Shown one piece after another: positions 1-11,941 of a stretch of DNA of 64,000 bases; within the stretch, counting starts at the first letter, position 1, and each line of letters starts with the position of its first letter. Below the pieces are notes generated by a model. That model did not search any database and was not told where the DNA came from. It worked only from the letters and a program-made list of their open reading frames with translations. The translations under genes were made by a program, and so were the position numbers. The DNA lies in the NCBI GenBank assembly GCA_965603825.1, contig CBFDEM010000053.1, forward strand, positions 1,054,001-1,118,000, written 5' to 3'. This stretch comes from Blepharisma stoltei ATCC 30299 (lineage: Eukaryota; Protista; Ciliophora).

Positions 1-2814
1 ATACTAAAGAAAAGAAAAATAGCAGAAATCTTAAGGAAGCAAAGAGGAAATGATGTTGATTATAATTTTACAGTTCTTGCAGATTTACTCATTTTTATTA
101 TTTTTTGATCCTTATTCATTACTCTTGTAGTAACCAGACTTGAAATTTCTTATGTTTATACTATTTCTACTCAAACAAAAGACTCAATAATTGTTCCAAA
201 ATTCTATAGCAATTGGCACAATATAACTTTCCAAGAAATCACCACAAGTAAAGATGCGTACAGCTTTATGAACGAAATTTTCAAAAACTATATGCAAAAG
301 GTAACTGTTAATACCCAAAATAATTGAATAAGCCAAATTAAAGCAAGAATTACATTTACAAGATATCGGATGAGCAAAAATAAAAGCTCATTTTCTAATG
401 AAGTCATTCAATATGTTATTCCAGATACAGAAACCCAAAATACAACTGATTTCCATGGAGTAGCAACTTTTAAGAAATATATTTATAGCCCATCAGGATC
501 ATTGAAAACTTACAAGAGTAAAGGAGGATATGTAATAGAGCTAAATAACAAACAAAACATATCCGATATAATCCAGCAAATTGAGCTTGATGATATTTTC
601 AGTCGCAATCTTAAAGATTTTTATATAGAATGAGTCCTTTACAATCCCAATGTAAATATGTTTTCTTACAGTGTCATACATTTCAACAAGCTCGTTTCAG
701 GCAATATTGACCCTTCAATTTATTCTGGAGTTATAGATCTTGATATATATAGTTCAGGCTCTCCAATGATTGTTATAAGTATCTTGTTCTTTATGTTCAC
801 TATTTTATATTTAATCAAATTTTGCTATTCATGATATTTGGTTTGGAAAAAAGTCTATAAACAAAGGAAGGAGAAAACCCTTATTTGAAAAATTGCAAGA
901 CATGTAATTGATAAAATTGAAGAGAATGAGATCAGCGCAAGAGATCATTGCTTTAGATTTACTAAAAAAGCCTTAACCTGATACTGCTACACCATAATAG
1001 ATCTATTATATTCAGCATGATTATTAATTAAAGGGGACATTTTTCAATTGTTCAGCATCGTTTCAACAATCATGTCGCTAATGATGATTTATTATGAAAT
1101 AATGCTTGTTCAGAGTAATTTTTATCAAAACTTTAAATTAGATTCTCCTTTTGTGGCTTGAAAGAACTGCATAGGTGAATTTTCGGAAATAAATGATCTT
1201 TTGTATATATCCGGGACATTAGCTATGTTTACGTGCCTAATTTTATTTTTGAGACTTATTCAATATTTTGAATTCAGTGACTATTTATCAAATCTTACAG
1301 ATGTTATTAAATCTGCATCATTTGACTTAGCATTCTTTACAATTGTTTTTATTATTATTTTAGCTGCCTATGCAATTTCTAATTATCTAGTTTTAGGACA
1401 TCATGATATAAGTTTCAAATTCATGGAAAGCTCTTTCTTGTCAACTTATTCAATGCTATTGTGCTATTATGACATCGGCTCAATTTTGCAAGCCGATAAT
1501 TTGTTAGGGGCAATACTTTTTATAAGCTACATGGTGATCTTCAATTTTATGATGCTGAACTTATTTATAGCTATCATTTTTGCTCATTACACAGCACTTA
1601 AATCAACCCGTCCTAAGAAAAGACTTGGATTTTTTGAAAAATTTTGAAAAGTCATTAAATATAAATTTCAAAACAGAAAATTAATTATCGACCCAAATAA
1701 AATCAAAAAAATCGAAGACATCGCTGATGAAAATTTGTTTGTAAATTATAGCCCAACAGTCCTTGAAGATGCATTCATAATTGATGATAAAGCCCATATA
1801 AATTCCTCCTCAAATAAATGGCTCAAGTCTTTAGAAGATGGAGTTTCCGACCATTCAGGGAATGAAATAACTTTTGCTAAATTAAAGGCAGATTTTAGTA
1901 AATATTGTGGCATGATAAACACTGATTTAATTCAGCCAATTCAATTAAATGAAATTTGCTTTATGAATCCAGAAATATGAAAAGACGAGAATGTTGAGCA
2001 AAAAATAAAGATTTGAAAAACATTAACAAATTTATATGCACAAGAGTATAGGCTGGAAATAGAAAAATCTGTAAGTGAAGGAAAAGACATAAAAGAGCAT
2101 GGATTATCTCCTTTGCAGAAGCAGCTATGGGAAGCTACGCCTATGAACGAAAAACTTGAAATGTGGAGTGGAAAATTGCATTTTTCTGAGGAAGAAAGAA
2201 TCAAAATATGAAACTCAACCAACTATAGCAAAGAGTTTATGGAAAAAGATGCAAATATAGAAGAGCAGAAGAATTATTGACTTTCATTGACTATTGCGCA
2301 AAAAAATGATTTGGTTTCGAAAATTTTAGGCCCTTTTAAAGGAATCAAGAAAAAAATGAAAATCGAGGAATCTTTCCTTGATTTTTATATCAAAAATGAA
2401 GCACTGTTTACTAATGATACCAAGATGCTCTTATGAGCCAGCTTATATGAACATGAAATTAGTAAATTCTTGCTTTTTATGAATCAAAATGATAAAGTTG
2501 AGGCCGAAATTATTGCTTATATGATTATGGATGACAAAAAACACAACCTATTTGCTATGGATCATGCTGATCTTAACATGGAAGCAATTTTAGATGCCAA
2601 AATATTTGATAAATATACAGAAATGGCTACTTTTCAAGCAGAAAATGATGGTAAAATATCATGTGAAGAGAGAATCTTTGAAACAAACAATGAGCACCGA
2701 AATTTGATAAATTATAAGCACAACCTTCAAGAGGAACAAAAAACATTCATTAAAAAGAATAAGAAGCTACAAAAGCGAGTTAAAGAACTTAGGTCCAAAC
2801 TTGAAAATAGATAG
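1..2814 (+). CDS. Polycystin-2/PKD2-like (TRPP) cation channel, 5'-truncated by window edge
   Basis: Frame 1 is open from base 1 to TAG 2812-2814 if 14 in-frame TGA are read as Trp, joining ORFs 370, 1201, 1735 and 2470 (all the same frame). Has a TOP-domain-like segment (GGYVIEL...FYIEWVLYNPNVNMFS) and an S4-S6 region (LFLRLIQYF...DLAFF...FMMLNLFIAII), then a C-terminal coiled coil. Confidence 0.85.
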
Positions 2815-3090
2815 GTATTTTCAGTCTATTATAAAACTAAACAATAATTAGCGAAAATATTTATAATTTTATTAAAATCAGCCATATCTCTAAGCTTAAA
2901 ACTGAGGAATTATTAAAAAAATTTGAAAATCATAAAAGTGTTATCTTGAGAGGGAAAAAAAAATTAATTGAATATTTTACTTATCATGACTTAATATGCT
3001 CAGAAGGCAGAGAATAAGTTTAATAAGATATCTATAAACTTAAGAAATTGTGTAATACTATTCATATTTTAATGATTCTTATTAATCAAT

Positions 3091-3801
3091 ATGTGTTTGC
3101 TATTTTCTAATAGTTCGCCCTGCCCGCATCCAGAATGCTACCTTTACAATACTTGGCAGTCTCTAAATTACACCTCATCTATCGATTTGCAACTTTCAGA
3201 GGCCATCTTAAATCAGAGTAATGCCTTCCTCACCCAATTGCTTTGAAATTACCAAAAGGTCCAGAAGGACATTGACTCAGTTTCTGCGCTGGCGAAGACA
3301 ATTTCAACCAACGATAAGAACCAATACCTCTCAGACGACGATAAGAGCTTAGTTTTCGAGTCCTTGAACAGGACCTGGAAAGCTGAGCCTTTTCCATTCA
3401 GCTTGCAAATGGAAAAGCCCTTCCCAGCGCGAGTTTACAAAGAGAGAGGGTTTCAGCTGAAGTTTTCTATCAAAACCATTGAAGGCTGCACAGCCAAACT
3501 GGAAGGAAATCAAGTTTTTAGAATCATTTTGACCAGCACTGACGATACACCAAACATATTATACTCAAACATTTCAGGCAAAAAGATCATCAGAGGCACA
3601 ACAGAATCAAGGCAAAATGAAGAAGGGATCATAGAGTTTAACAACGTGGTGATCAATGAGGTTTCCTCGCATTACACGAATGGCTGCTTTTCATTGATCG
3701 TAATGTGTTTAGAAAATTTAGACATCAAGCCATTTGTGAGGGATAAAATATATGTAAGAGCTAGAAAAGCTTTAAAGCACCGGAAAGTGATATCTAAATA
3801 A
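3091..3801 (+). CDS. Hypothetical protein with a putative Ig-like beta-sandwich DNA-binding domain (CudA/CBP60-like pattern)
   Basis: ATG 3091 is in frame with ORF 3364 through one TGA (3244-3246). The C-terminal pattern IIRG...GIIEFNNVVINEVSSHY..GCFSL...IKPF...IYVRARK is recalled from memory as resembling beta-sandwich transcription factor domains. Confidence 0.6.
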
Positions 3802-4357
3802 TTTTATGATTTTATATGAAGTATCGGGATGACTAAAAAAAAAACATTAAAAATTTTATATTTTTTATTTATAAAAAGCTTAATTTAATAAGTTGGGATA
3901 TCATTGGGTTAATATGGAAGTGCTTTAAGACAGAGATAATAAAAAAGCAATAAATAAATGAAATTGTAATAAAATCAAGACTTATTTATTGGGATAAACT
4001 AACTGAAAGCCAAGTTGTATTCTCCTTGATTTTATTTTGTTTTATTTTTTAATCTATAAAAATAATCAATAATTTTAAATAAATATCTTTAAGGGAACAA
4101 TTTCAGCATTTTTAAATGTAAATAACTACATCTCGTTTCACAAAATAACTAATTTAAAAGTAAAATTTCATCCTTACATTTGAATCTTAAATTCAATAAT
4201 TTTAAAATAAATTATTTACTTTAATTTTCAAAATGAAATTTTATTTTATAAAGTTTATTAGATCGTCAAAATAAATATTTTTATCAAGAATTAATTTAAT
4301 TCTTATGTATTGATATTAATACATTTTTATAATTAGATAAACATTGTTGACAATAAA

Positions 4358-5191
4358 ATGGAGGCCACCAAGGTTCGTGCAGTTCTCTTAAAAAATGAGC
4401 AGCATCCAAGTGATGGAAAGCAAATTCTCATCAGTCCTCACATATCTAAAGAAGAACTATTATCATTAGCTTCTCAAGAGCTTGGGATCTCTGCAAAGAA
4501 AATATTTTCAGATACAGGCCTACTTTTAAACAATTTATCAACAATTGCAGATGGTGTGACATTCTATGTTTCACAGGGGGAAAATTTCCAAGTAAAATCA
4601 AGTGGCGCTCCACAAAAAACCAGCAAAAAATACGTAATTGCTGTGCTTGGAGCTGCTGCCGTAGGAAAATCTGCAATAACTTTAAGATATGTCAATAACA
4701 AATTTATTAGAGACTATGATCCAACTATTGAAGATTATTATACAAAAAACGCGATTATTGATGGTGAGCCTACAGTTTTATCAATTTTAGACACAGCTGG
4801 AATGGAGGACTACTTCCCATTAATTGATGATTGGATTGACAATAAAGATGGGTTCATTTTAGTCTTCTCAGTGGAGCTCCCTGATTCTTTACAAAGATTG
4901 AGATACTTCCAAGACAAAATATTGCATAGATACAGTCAGCAAGGGAATAAAGGGCCAGTAACGATTATGGCTGCTAATAAAGTCGATTTACCTAATAGAA
5001 ATGTATCAAGTGAAGAAGGGAGGAAGGCGGCTGAAAGTATGGGTTTAAAGTATATGGAAGTCTCAGCTGCTACAGCTTCTGGAGTTGATGATCTCTTTGC
5101 TGAAATTATTAGAGTTCTAAGATCTAGAAGGGCAACAAATAAACCTGCAAGCAAGGAGCCATGGTACAAAAAAATGTGCTCTCTTCTATAA
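4358..5191 (+). CDS. Ras-family small GTPase with N-terminal KHA/DCX-like ubiquitin-fold domain and C-terminal CaaL prenylation motif
   Basis: G1 GAAAVGKS, effector loop YDPTIED, G3 DTAG, G4 NKVD, G5 EVSA, and C-terminal CSLL. The N-terminal ~75 aa (EELLSLASQELGISAKKIFSDTG...FYVSQGENF) match the KHA/DCX pattern. Confidence 0.92.
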   Translation: MEATKVRAVLLKNEQHPSDGKQILISPHISKEELLSLASQELGISAKKIFSDTGLLLNNLSTIADGVTFYVSQGENFQVKSSGAPQKTSKKYVIAVLGAAAVGKSAITLRYVNNKFIRDYDPTIEDYYTKNAIIDGEPTVLSILDTAGMEDYFPLIDDWIDNKDGFILVFSVELPDSLQRLRYFQDKILHRYSQQGNKGPVTIMAANKVDLPNRNVSSEEGRKAAESMGLKYMEVSAATASGVDDLFAEIIRVLRSRRATNKPASKEPWYKKMCSLL

Positions 5192-6552
5192 ACTGATTTA
5201 GATATAAATGGTGCAAGCTTTTCTTTTAATATCATTGCATATTCTTATTTTTATATGAATAGCAGAGTTATATCAGCTATATTGTTAAAATTTGTTGATA
5301 TTTTACCTTAATGTATATAGGGATTTCCTAGCAAATCTTCTTTTAAGAGATTTATTTAGATTATGTTTAATTTTAGATAATTAATTAATAAATCAAGAAA
5401 GTAAATTATTAAGGTGCAATTGAATGCCAATAATTATTATGATTGTCACCAGATATTAAGCTAATTGCTTGAGATTAGAAATTTATTTTTGTGAGGATAT
5501 TCATTATTTTAATTGCTATTAGATAGAAAATAGCTATATGATTGCCACTATTAAAGAATTTTATCTAAACTGAAGACTTTCAAGTAATAAAAGTTTTTTA
5601 TTAGAAACCCTTTTGGTAATCTCAATGCTTTAAAATTATAATTAAAAAGAGGAGAAAAGCCAATTCAATTATGATATCGAACACTTATTAAAAATAAATT
5701 AGTCTTTGGACGCTTTATGTCTCACTTACTTAATTATATGAGAAAAGTCTTTTTTTAAAAGCTTAAAAACTAGGAATAAAAATTGTTAATTATTTTGCTC
5801 TATGATGCTTCATATTATACATATAATGTTTTTATTCTTTTTGTATGATAATTTTAGTTGGAGAGCTTTAGCTCACTATCAGCAGAGATTTTGGTTTCAA
5901 GATTTTCTATTGTTTTATTTATTATAGCACATATTCTGCTGTTTATGCTTCATTTATGAATATTCAATTGCTACTTGGTGTTTGAAAATACTTAACAAAT
6001 GTTCATTAATTCCTTTAAAAAAGCATAATGACGTAATCATCCATTTTCATCGTTTTGTCTAATTTTGTCAATAAAATGGTCGAATAAAATAAAATGGCCT
6101 TCTTTTCTAATTTTAGCCTAGAAATCGACGTTACAGTTTTACCATATAAATTTCCAAAATCATTAACCTTTAAGCAAATCCTTCAAAACAAAATTATAAT
6201 GTTGGGCCCACATTAAATTCTAAAAAATCTCAAACAAAAAAATACTTTAGAAGATTATATAAAAATCACACCAAATCAGCTTTTTGAAGAAAATAAACTC
6301 AAATCTGTCCTGAATTCTCATAAAAAATCTATTAGTTGTAAATAGATTTTATTCTTTATTCTACTTTAAGCTGACTTTTATCATTATTAGAAACTAGTAA
6401 GCCTAAATGACTTCTTTTAACTCTAAGATATTAGCTTTTGCTCCTTTTCTCTTATCAAGCACTTTATAGCGATAAAAGCCTCGTAACTTCTGAAATCACT
6501 ATATGTTTAGCTTATGGTTAAGTTTTAATATGGCATAATAGTTAGTGACATC

Positions 6553-8640
6553 ATGTCAAATTTACGTCGATTAGACCTCTTAAAAACTCATCTTCTGTCC
6601 AAATTTCCAACTTCTTCTTTAGACCGCTCTCTTGACGAATACAGAGGGCGTGGAGAAAAGATCAATAGTTCACTTTTATCTCAGCTCTATTTCGAGGATG
6701 GTTACGATACTTTGATGAAAATGCGCAAAGCCATGACTAAAAATCCACTTTTTAATCATTATGAAGAAGCAGAAATGCCCCGTGAGAAATTACGGGAAAG
6801 AGTTGTCCAGCAAATTGCTTCACTTTATTTTTCTTTCAATCTAAGTTATGAAGTCGACAAAAAATGGCCGCTTGGGAAGTGCCATTTTTGCTTTGGGCTA
6901 GCTGAGCATGATTTAGGACTTACCACAAGGTTTTGCGTACATATCATTTTGTATATCGATACTTTGCAAAATATAGGAACAAAAAAACATTTAGAGTTAA
7001 TTAATAGGGCTTATCAGCTACTTGATTATGGATCTTTTGGAATGACTGAACTTGGCCATGGATCAAATGTTGCAAAAGTTGAAACCACAGCTACTTATGA
7101 CCATAATGCAAGGGAATTTATTATTAATTCCCCTACTCCGACATCAGCAAAATGGTGGATTGGTGCTGCAGGAAAAACAGCGAATATGTCTGTAGTTTTT
7201 GCCCAACTGATTGTGGATGGGGTTGGAAGAGGAGTCCATGCTTTTGTAGTTCCAGTGCGAGATTATGCAACCCATGAAACTTTGCCTGGTGTAATTTTAG
7301 GTGATTGCGGAAAAAAACTTAGTAATGATGGGATTGATAATGGCTTTATGCTCTTTAAAAACTACAGGGTGCCCTATGATGCTTTACTAGATAAGTATAG
7401 TTGGATTTCCCCAGATGGAAAATTTAAAACAAGCTTCAAAAACCAAGATAAACGACTTGCTGTCATGCTTGGAGGATTAATTAGAGGAAGAACAGCTGTA
7501 GTTATTGGAAGCGAACAAAATATGAGGCATGCTTTAACTATTGCTTTAAGATTTTCAGCAATACGAAAACAATTTGGACTTCAAAATGGACCTGAAGTAC
7601 CTATACTTGACTACCAAACACAGAGATATCGCTTAATCCCTCACCTAGCAAGGGCATTTGCAATCAGAACAGGAGGTCTCTTTTTATGCAGCAATTATAT
7701 AAGGATCAGACCAAAAATAGATAACGAGCCTGAAAGCGATGATATCAATGAGCATCATGCATTTTTAAGCGCCTTTAAAGTTGTTGCAAGCTCCTATGGA
7801 GTTGCATGCACTCAGGACTGCAGAGAAGCAGTTGGAGGTTTAGGATATTCATCATATTCAGCGCTAGGAAGATTGCGAGCAAACCAAGACACTCATCTAA
7901 CTTGGGAAGGCGACAACACTGTCTTAATACAACAAGCAGGGAAATTCATTTTCAAACAAATCCAAAGGACTTTCAAAGGCTACAAAATCAATGCACCCAC
8001 ACTGTCTATCCTAAAAACTGACTATGAGGAGTGCAAAGCTTTAAAGCAGAGCTTTGAAAATTCTCAACAATTAGAAAATGAGAAAATGCTAATGGAATTA
8101 ATTGAATTCAAGTTCAACCATTTACTGCATAAAGCTTTATTAAAAGTACAGGAAAATGCTCAGGTGTCAACGGATATGCTAGAGGTCTGGAATAACTCCC
8201 AAGTTTTTCATATTCAAGATTTAGGCAAAGTTTATGGAGAATATGTCATGGCGAGAGAATTTTTGAAATTTGTTCATGATATTGAAGCAAAATGTGAAGT
8301 CACTGGAAGGGTCATAAGAAAGCTCTTTTATTTGTATGTGGTGGATACTGTTGATAGGAGTATAGGACTATTCTTAGAAAATGCATTGAATAGTCAGCAG
8401 GCCAAAATTGTAAAAGATAGTGTGATTAGGTTATGTAATGAAATTGCGCCTTCAAGTGTTAGCATTGTTGACGCTCTTGCTGCGCCTGATAATGTGCTTG
8501 GATCAGCTATTGGGAATTCTGATGGCCAAATGTATACTCATATGATAGAAAGTGTAGAAAATGGGCCGAATGTTTATGAAAAACCGGAGTGGCTTCCTCT
8601 TATCCATCAAATCAGAGAAGCAAGCAAGTCGAAGCAGTAA
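6553..8640 (+). CDS. Peroxisomal acyl-CoA oxidase (ACOX3-like) with N-terminal PTS2
   Basis: Intact 695-aa ORF with FGMTELGHGSNV, KWWIG, GDCG.K...DGIDNG, ILDYQTQ and TWEGDNTVL motifs. RLDLLKTHL fits the PTS2 consensus RLx5HL. Confidence 0.95.
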   Translation: MSNLRRLDLLKTHLLSKFPTSSLDRSLDEYRGRGEKINSSLLSQLYFEDGYDTLMKMRKAMTKNPLFNHYEEAEMPREKLRERVVQQIASLYFSFNLSYEVDKKWPLGKCHFCFGLAEHDLGLTTRFCVHIILYIDTLQNIGTKKHLELINRAYQLLDYGSFGMTELGHGSNVAKVETTATYDHNAREFIINSPTPTSAKWWIGAAGKTANMSVVFAQLIVDGVGRGVHAFVVPVRDYATHETLPGVILGDCGKKLSNDGIDNGFMLFKNYRVPYDALLDKYSWISPDGKFKTSFKNQDKRLAVMLGGLIRGRTAVVIGSEQNMRHALTIALRFSAIRKQFGLQNGPEVPILDYQTQRYRLIPHLARAFAIRTGGLFLCSNYIRIRPKIDNEPESDDINEHHAFLSAFKVVASSYGVACTQDCREAVGGLGYSSYSALGRLRANQDTHLTWEGDNTVLIQQAGKFIFKQIQRTFKGYKINAPTLSILKTDYEECKALKQSFENSQQLENEKMLMELIEFKFNHLLHKALLKVQENAQVSTDMLEVWNNSQVFHIQDLGKVYGEYVMAREFLKFVHDIEAKCEVTGRVIRKLFYLYVVDTVDRSIGLFLENALNSQQAKIVKDSVIRLCNEIAPSSVSIVDALAAPDNVLGSAIGNSDGQMYTHMIESVENGPNVYEKPEWLPLIHQIREASKSKQ

Positions 8641-8667
8641 AACCAACATAATTATAGTTAGTTTAGT

Positions 8668-9189
8668 TTATTTTTTTAGCCTTGCTAATGCACGAAGTGC
8701 ATTAGATGTGGTCTTGAATGTTTTTCTAGCATAAATACAAAATTTGTGGCTTTCAAATTTGATTTCATGAGCTTTTTCATAGCAATCTTTGCAATATCTC
8801 AAATTTTGGCATCCAATGCAAAACCCTTGAGATGACTGATTACACATTGAACACTGAAATTGTTCTAAAATTTGGTTGGCATTTTCAATACTGCGTGTAG
8901 ATTCAGATGTGCTTTCTCCAATAAGCTTATAATTGCTTTCAGGAGATTCAATCACCAACTCATTTTCAGGATTTAACTGTTGAGTAATTCTTATAAGGCT
9001 ATCTTCAGGACCGTCAAAATATTTTGATTGTCGGTAAAAGAGGTTACCAATAATTTTTTCGCTGCTTTCACTTTCAATGTCTAGTTTACTAATTTCATAG
9101 CAATCCCTTGAATTTATAGTATAATTTTCTTTTTTTGCATCCCTTCTAGTGCAACAAGAAGGTAATATAACATTAAGGAATGCACTCAT
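8668..9189 (-). CDS. Hypothetical protein with C-terminal B-box-type zinc finger
   Basis: Likely start at ATG 9189 (MSAFL...PSCC). Zinc-finger pattern CxxC-x7-CxxC-x5-CxxC-x4-H-x6-H. Confidence 0.7.
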   Translation of the reverse strand: MSAFLNVILPSCCTRRDAKKENYTINSRDCYEISKLDIESESSEKIIGNLFYRQSKYFDGPEDSLIRITQQLNPENELVIESPESNYKLIGESTSESTRSIENANQILEQFQCSMCNQSSQGFCIGCQNLRYCKDCYEKAHEIKFESHKFCIYARKTFKTTSNALRALARLKK

Positions 9190-9244
9190 TTTTATAAAAT
9201 TAATAAATTCAAAATTAGATATAATTAAAAAACATATATAACGA

Positions 9245-10000
9245 ATGAGCAAAAAAATCTTCACAATTCTAGATCCAGAGATGGAAATTGTAAACAAAAT
9301 ATAGGGTTTTCGAGAAAATCGGTTTAGGAAAAAGATGTATCCAGAAAGAAATGTGCATTATATAACTTCTTTGAGTCCCAGCACAAATTTTAGCCCCAAT
9401 AAATCAAAGCATGATTATCTTTATGATGAAGTGCATCTATTTCCACAATATCCAGGGAAAGAAAAAGGAAATCAAACACCTAACTCATATCTGAAAAGTA
9501 AAGGAGAATACGATAAATTAGAAAATCAACTGAAAGATGTCCAGCAGAACATTGACTCAATAAAGACCAAATTAAAGCCTATTAATCAAATTAGAATAAT
9601 CAAAAGCCACCAAAATATGCCAACGATAAATAATAAAAAATTATCAAGAGATAATCATAGTTCAAGTCCTAGAGTAATTGCCAATAATCACTTATTGACT
9701 GAAAAAAGTTACCAAGATATAATTGTTAAAGAGGAGATTAAAACACATACTAGTGAATTTGAGATGAAAAGAGCTGAAGGTTTGTCTTTGAGCCCTTCTC
9801 GTCTCAGATATGTTGCTCCAAAGCAGCTTGTAAAAAGTCCAGAAATTCATGCATATGGCATTAATTTGCCAAATCCTAAGTTTTCAGATTTTGATCCTAT
9901 CACTGGCTTAAATAAGCGAGATAAATCGCCTTTCCAGAGTGCAGCAAAGAATCTTATTTCAAAAGAGGCGTCAAGATTAAGATTAAGACCCAGTTTTTAA
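9245..10000 (+). CDS. Hypothetical protein (two exons: 9245-9289, 9305-10000)
   Basis: ATG 9245 joins ORF 9335 in frame after removal of a 15-nt intron at 9290-9304. Confidence 0.7.
9290..9304 (+). other. 15-nt spliceosomal intron GTAAACAAAATATAG
   Basis: GT..AG, A at position 10, ends in an in-frame TAG. Removal extends the ORF to ATG 9245. Confidence 0.7.
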
Positions 10001-10128
10001 CAATTTTCCAATCAATGATTCTGAAATATATACAATAAAATCTAAATGAATAAATTTAGGCAATTAAACTTGATTTTGGGTAAAGCACTCTTCTAAAAGA
10101 TGTTCTTAAAATTACAAATTCAAATAAG

Positions 10129-11565
10129 ATGTACGATTATGACTACAATATTTCCACTCAAAAAATTCGGTCTAGTAATGACTATCCAACAGATTCATAT
10201 AGGCAATTCAACGTAAAAGATCTTTCAACTAAAGAGTTGGAAGACATTGTTAGAGGTCAATTACCTTCTAAAGACTCGCCCCGGTTTTCTTCTCATCGAT
10301 CGATAAGTCCGCTCTCTAGACTCAATAAGTCCCCTCCACGAGATGCTTCTTCAAAATCCTTAGCTGGCGCTATGAGAGCTTTACAAGACAAAATTCATCT
10401 GTTAGAAACTGAAAATTCTGATTTAAAAGAAAGACTAATTGCGGCAGAAAGCAAAGGACAAAAAGACAGAGAACAATGGCAAGCCAGATGCATGGAAGAA
10501 TTAAAGCAAGCCAGTACGAAAGACAAAAGCATGCAAAGCAGAATCCTTGAACTAGAAGAAGAGCTTAGAAAGCATCTGCAAAGGGTTTTGATTTTAGAAG
10601 AACAATTGAAAATAAAAGAGACACAAATCAGGCATTGTGAAAACGAAATTAAAAGAAATATTGATCAATATGTGATTGATAAAGAAAATACTTCACTTCA
10701 GCTGGAACATCTTCAAAAGCAGCTTGTGGCGAAGTCAAAAGAAGAAAAAAATCTGAAATTAGCAGCTGAAAAATCTGAAAGAGAAAAAAACCTAGCCAAT
10801 GAAGAACTAGCTCAGGAAAAACGCATTTCCAGCGGCTTAAAAGCTGAAGTGCAATATCTTCGGGAGAACGCCAGCTCTCAAAGATCAAGTCTGCAAAAGG
10901 TGAATATTAATTAGAATTTTGAAATTATTGAAGCTGAATTAACCAAGCAAAACCAAGATTTTTCACAAAAAATAAGAGAGCTTGAGATTAAGTTAAGAAG
11001 CTTAAAAGAGCTTAATAATAATCAGTCTCAGCAAATCGATTTCTTAAAAAAGGAAAATCAGCAATTGCAAACAGCAAATAAAGTTTCTGAAGATTCCAGA
11101 GTAGAAGTATTAAGAAATAAAACCAACGATGACTCTATGCTTTCTCAAAAAAAAGTTCCCAGAAAGCCATCTAGAAGTGGAAAATTATCTGTGACTATAA
11201 AATCAAAATCTCCAACTCCTCATTCAAGCACGAAATCACTATTATCTGAGCCAAATAGAACAGCAAGGCATCCTTATGGAACTCAAAAGAAGTCGCTGGG
11301 CGAGAGAAGCTTATCACAGTTAATGCCAAATAAAGCTGAAAGAGATGAGGATTGCCAAACAGACATAGAAAAAGTTGAGCAAGAAATCAGCAGTCTAAAT
11401 ATAAAATATAAACGATTATTGCAGCATTCTCAAGAAGCAACAGGAGATCTTGGGGGTCTCAGGAGAGAATTAAGCTCACTTGCTGCTGATATGGAAAAGA
11501 AAAATGAAGAGCTGTATGAGCTAAAAAGAAGACAGCAAAGTATTCTTAAGCAGCGCTTATTTTAA
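10129..11565 (+). CDS. Cep57/translokin-like coiled-coil protein (exons 10129-10899, 10915-11565)
   Basis: ORFs 10129 and 11065 are in the same frame, separated by the TAG of a 15-nt intron. SKSLAGAMRALQDKIHLLETE resembles the Cep57 centrosome-localisation domain, and there is a C-terminal coiled coil. Confidence 0.75.
10900..10914 (+). other. 15-nt spliceosomal intron GTGAATATTAATTAG
   Basis: GT..AG with A at position 10. Removal restores a continuous coiled-coil ORF (LQK|NFEIIEAEL). Confidence 0.9.
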
Positions 11566-11941
11566 ATATAAAATTATAGATGATTTTTTATTTTTATATT
11601 AATACACATAAAAGAAATTTCCTTAAAATCATGTATTAATGAAAGACTATAAGATTAGACTTTTCTCTATAACTTTAGATTTCAAATGTTTTTATCAACA
11701 TCAGGTTTTTATTTTAAGTCTTGTAAAGATTAGGTGTGCTAAAAGCCAAGAATTATGTAGCTTCTTAAAAGATATGACAAATTTTTTAGTTAAAGCATTA
11801 ATGATGCAAATAATAAAAGACGAAGCAACAAGAGATGAATTATATAAAATTTCATTTCTAAATAATTTTAATGCAGCAATAATAATATTTTACAAAAACT
11901 TTATTAATTAAGAATTTTAATTTATAAATTATTAGCTTTTA

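Noticed and set aside
5192-6552. Long AT-rich spacer as a mobile element or retained IES
   Set aside because: I could see no terminal inverted repeats, target duplication or coding remnant.
11639-11911. 90-aa ORF on the plus strand
   Set aside because: Very AT-rich with no recognisable motif, so probably a chance ORF in a spacer.
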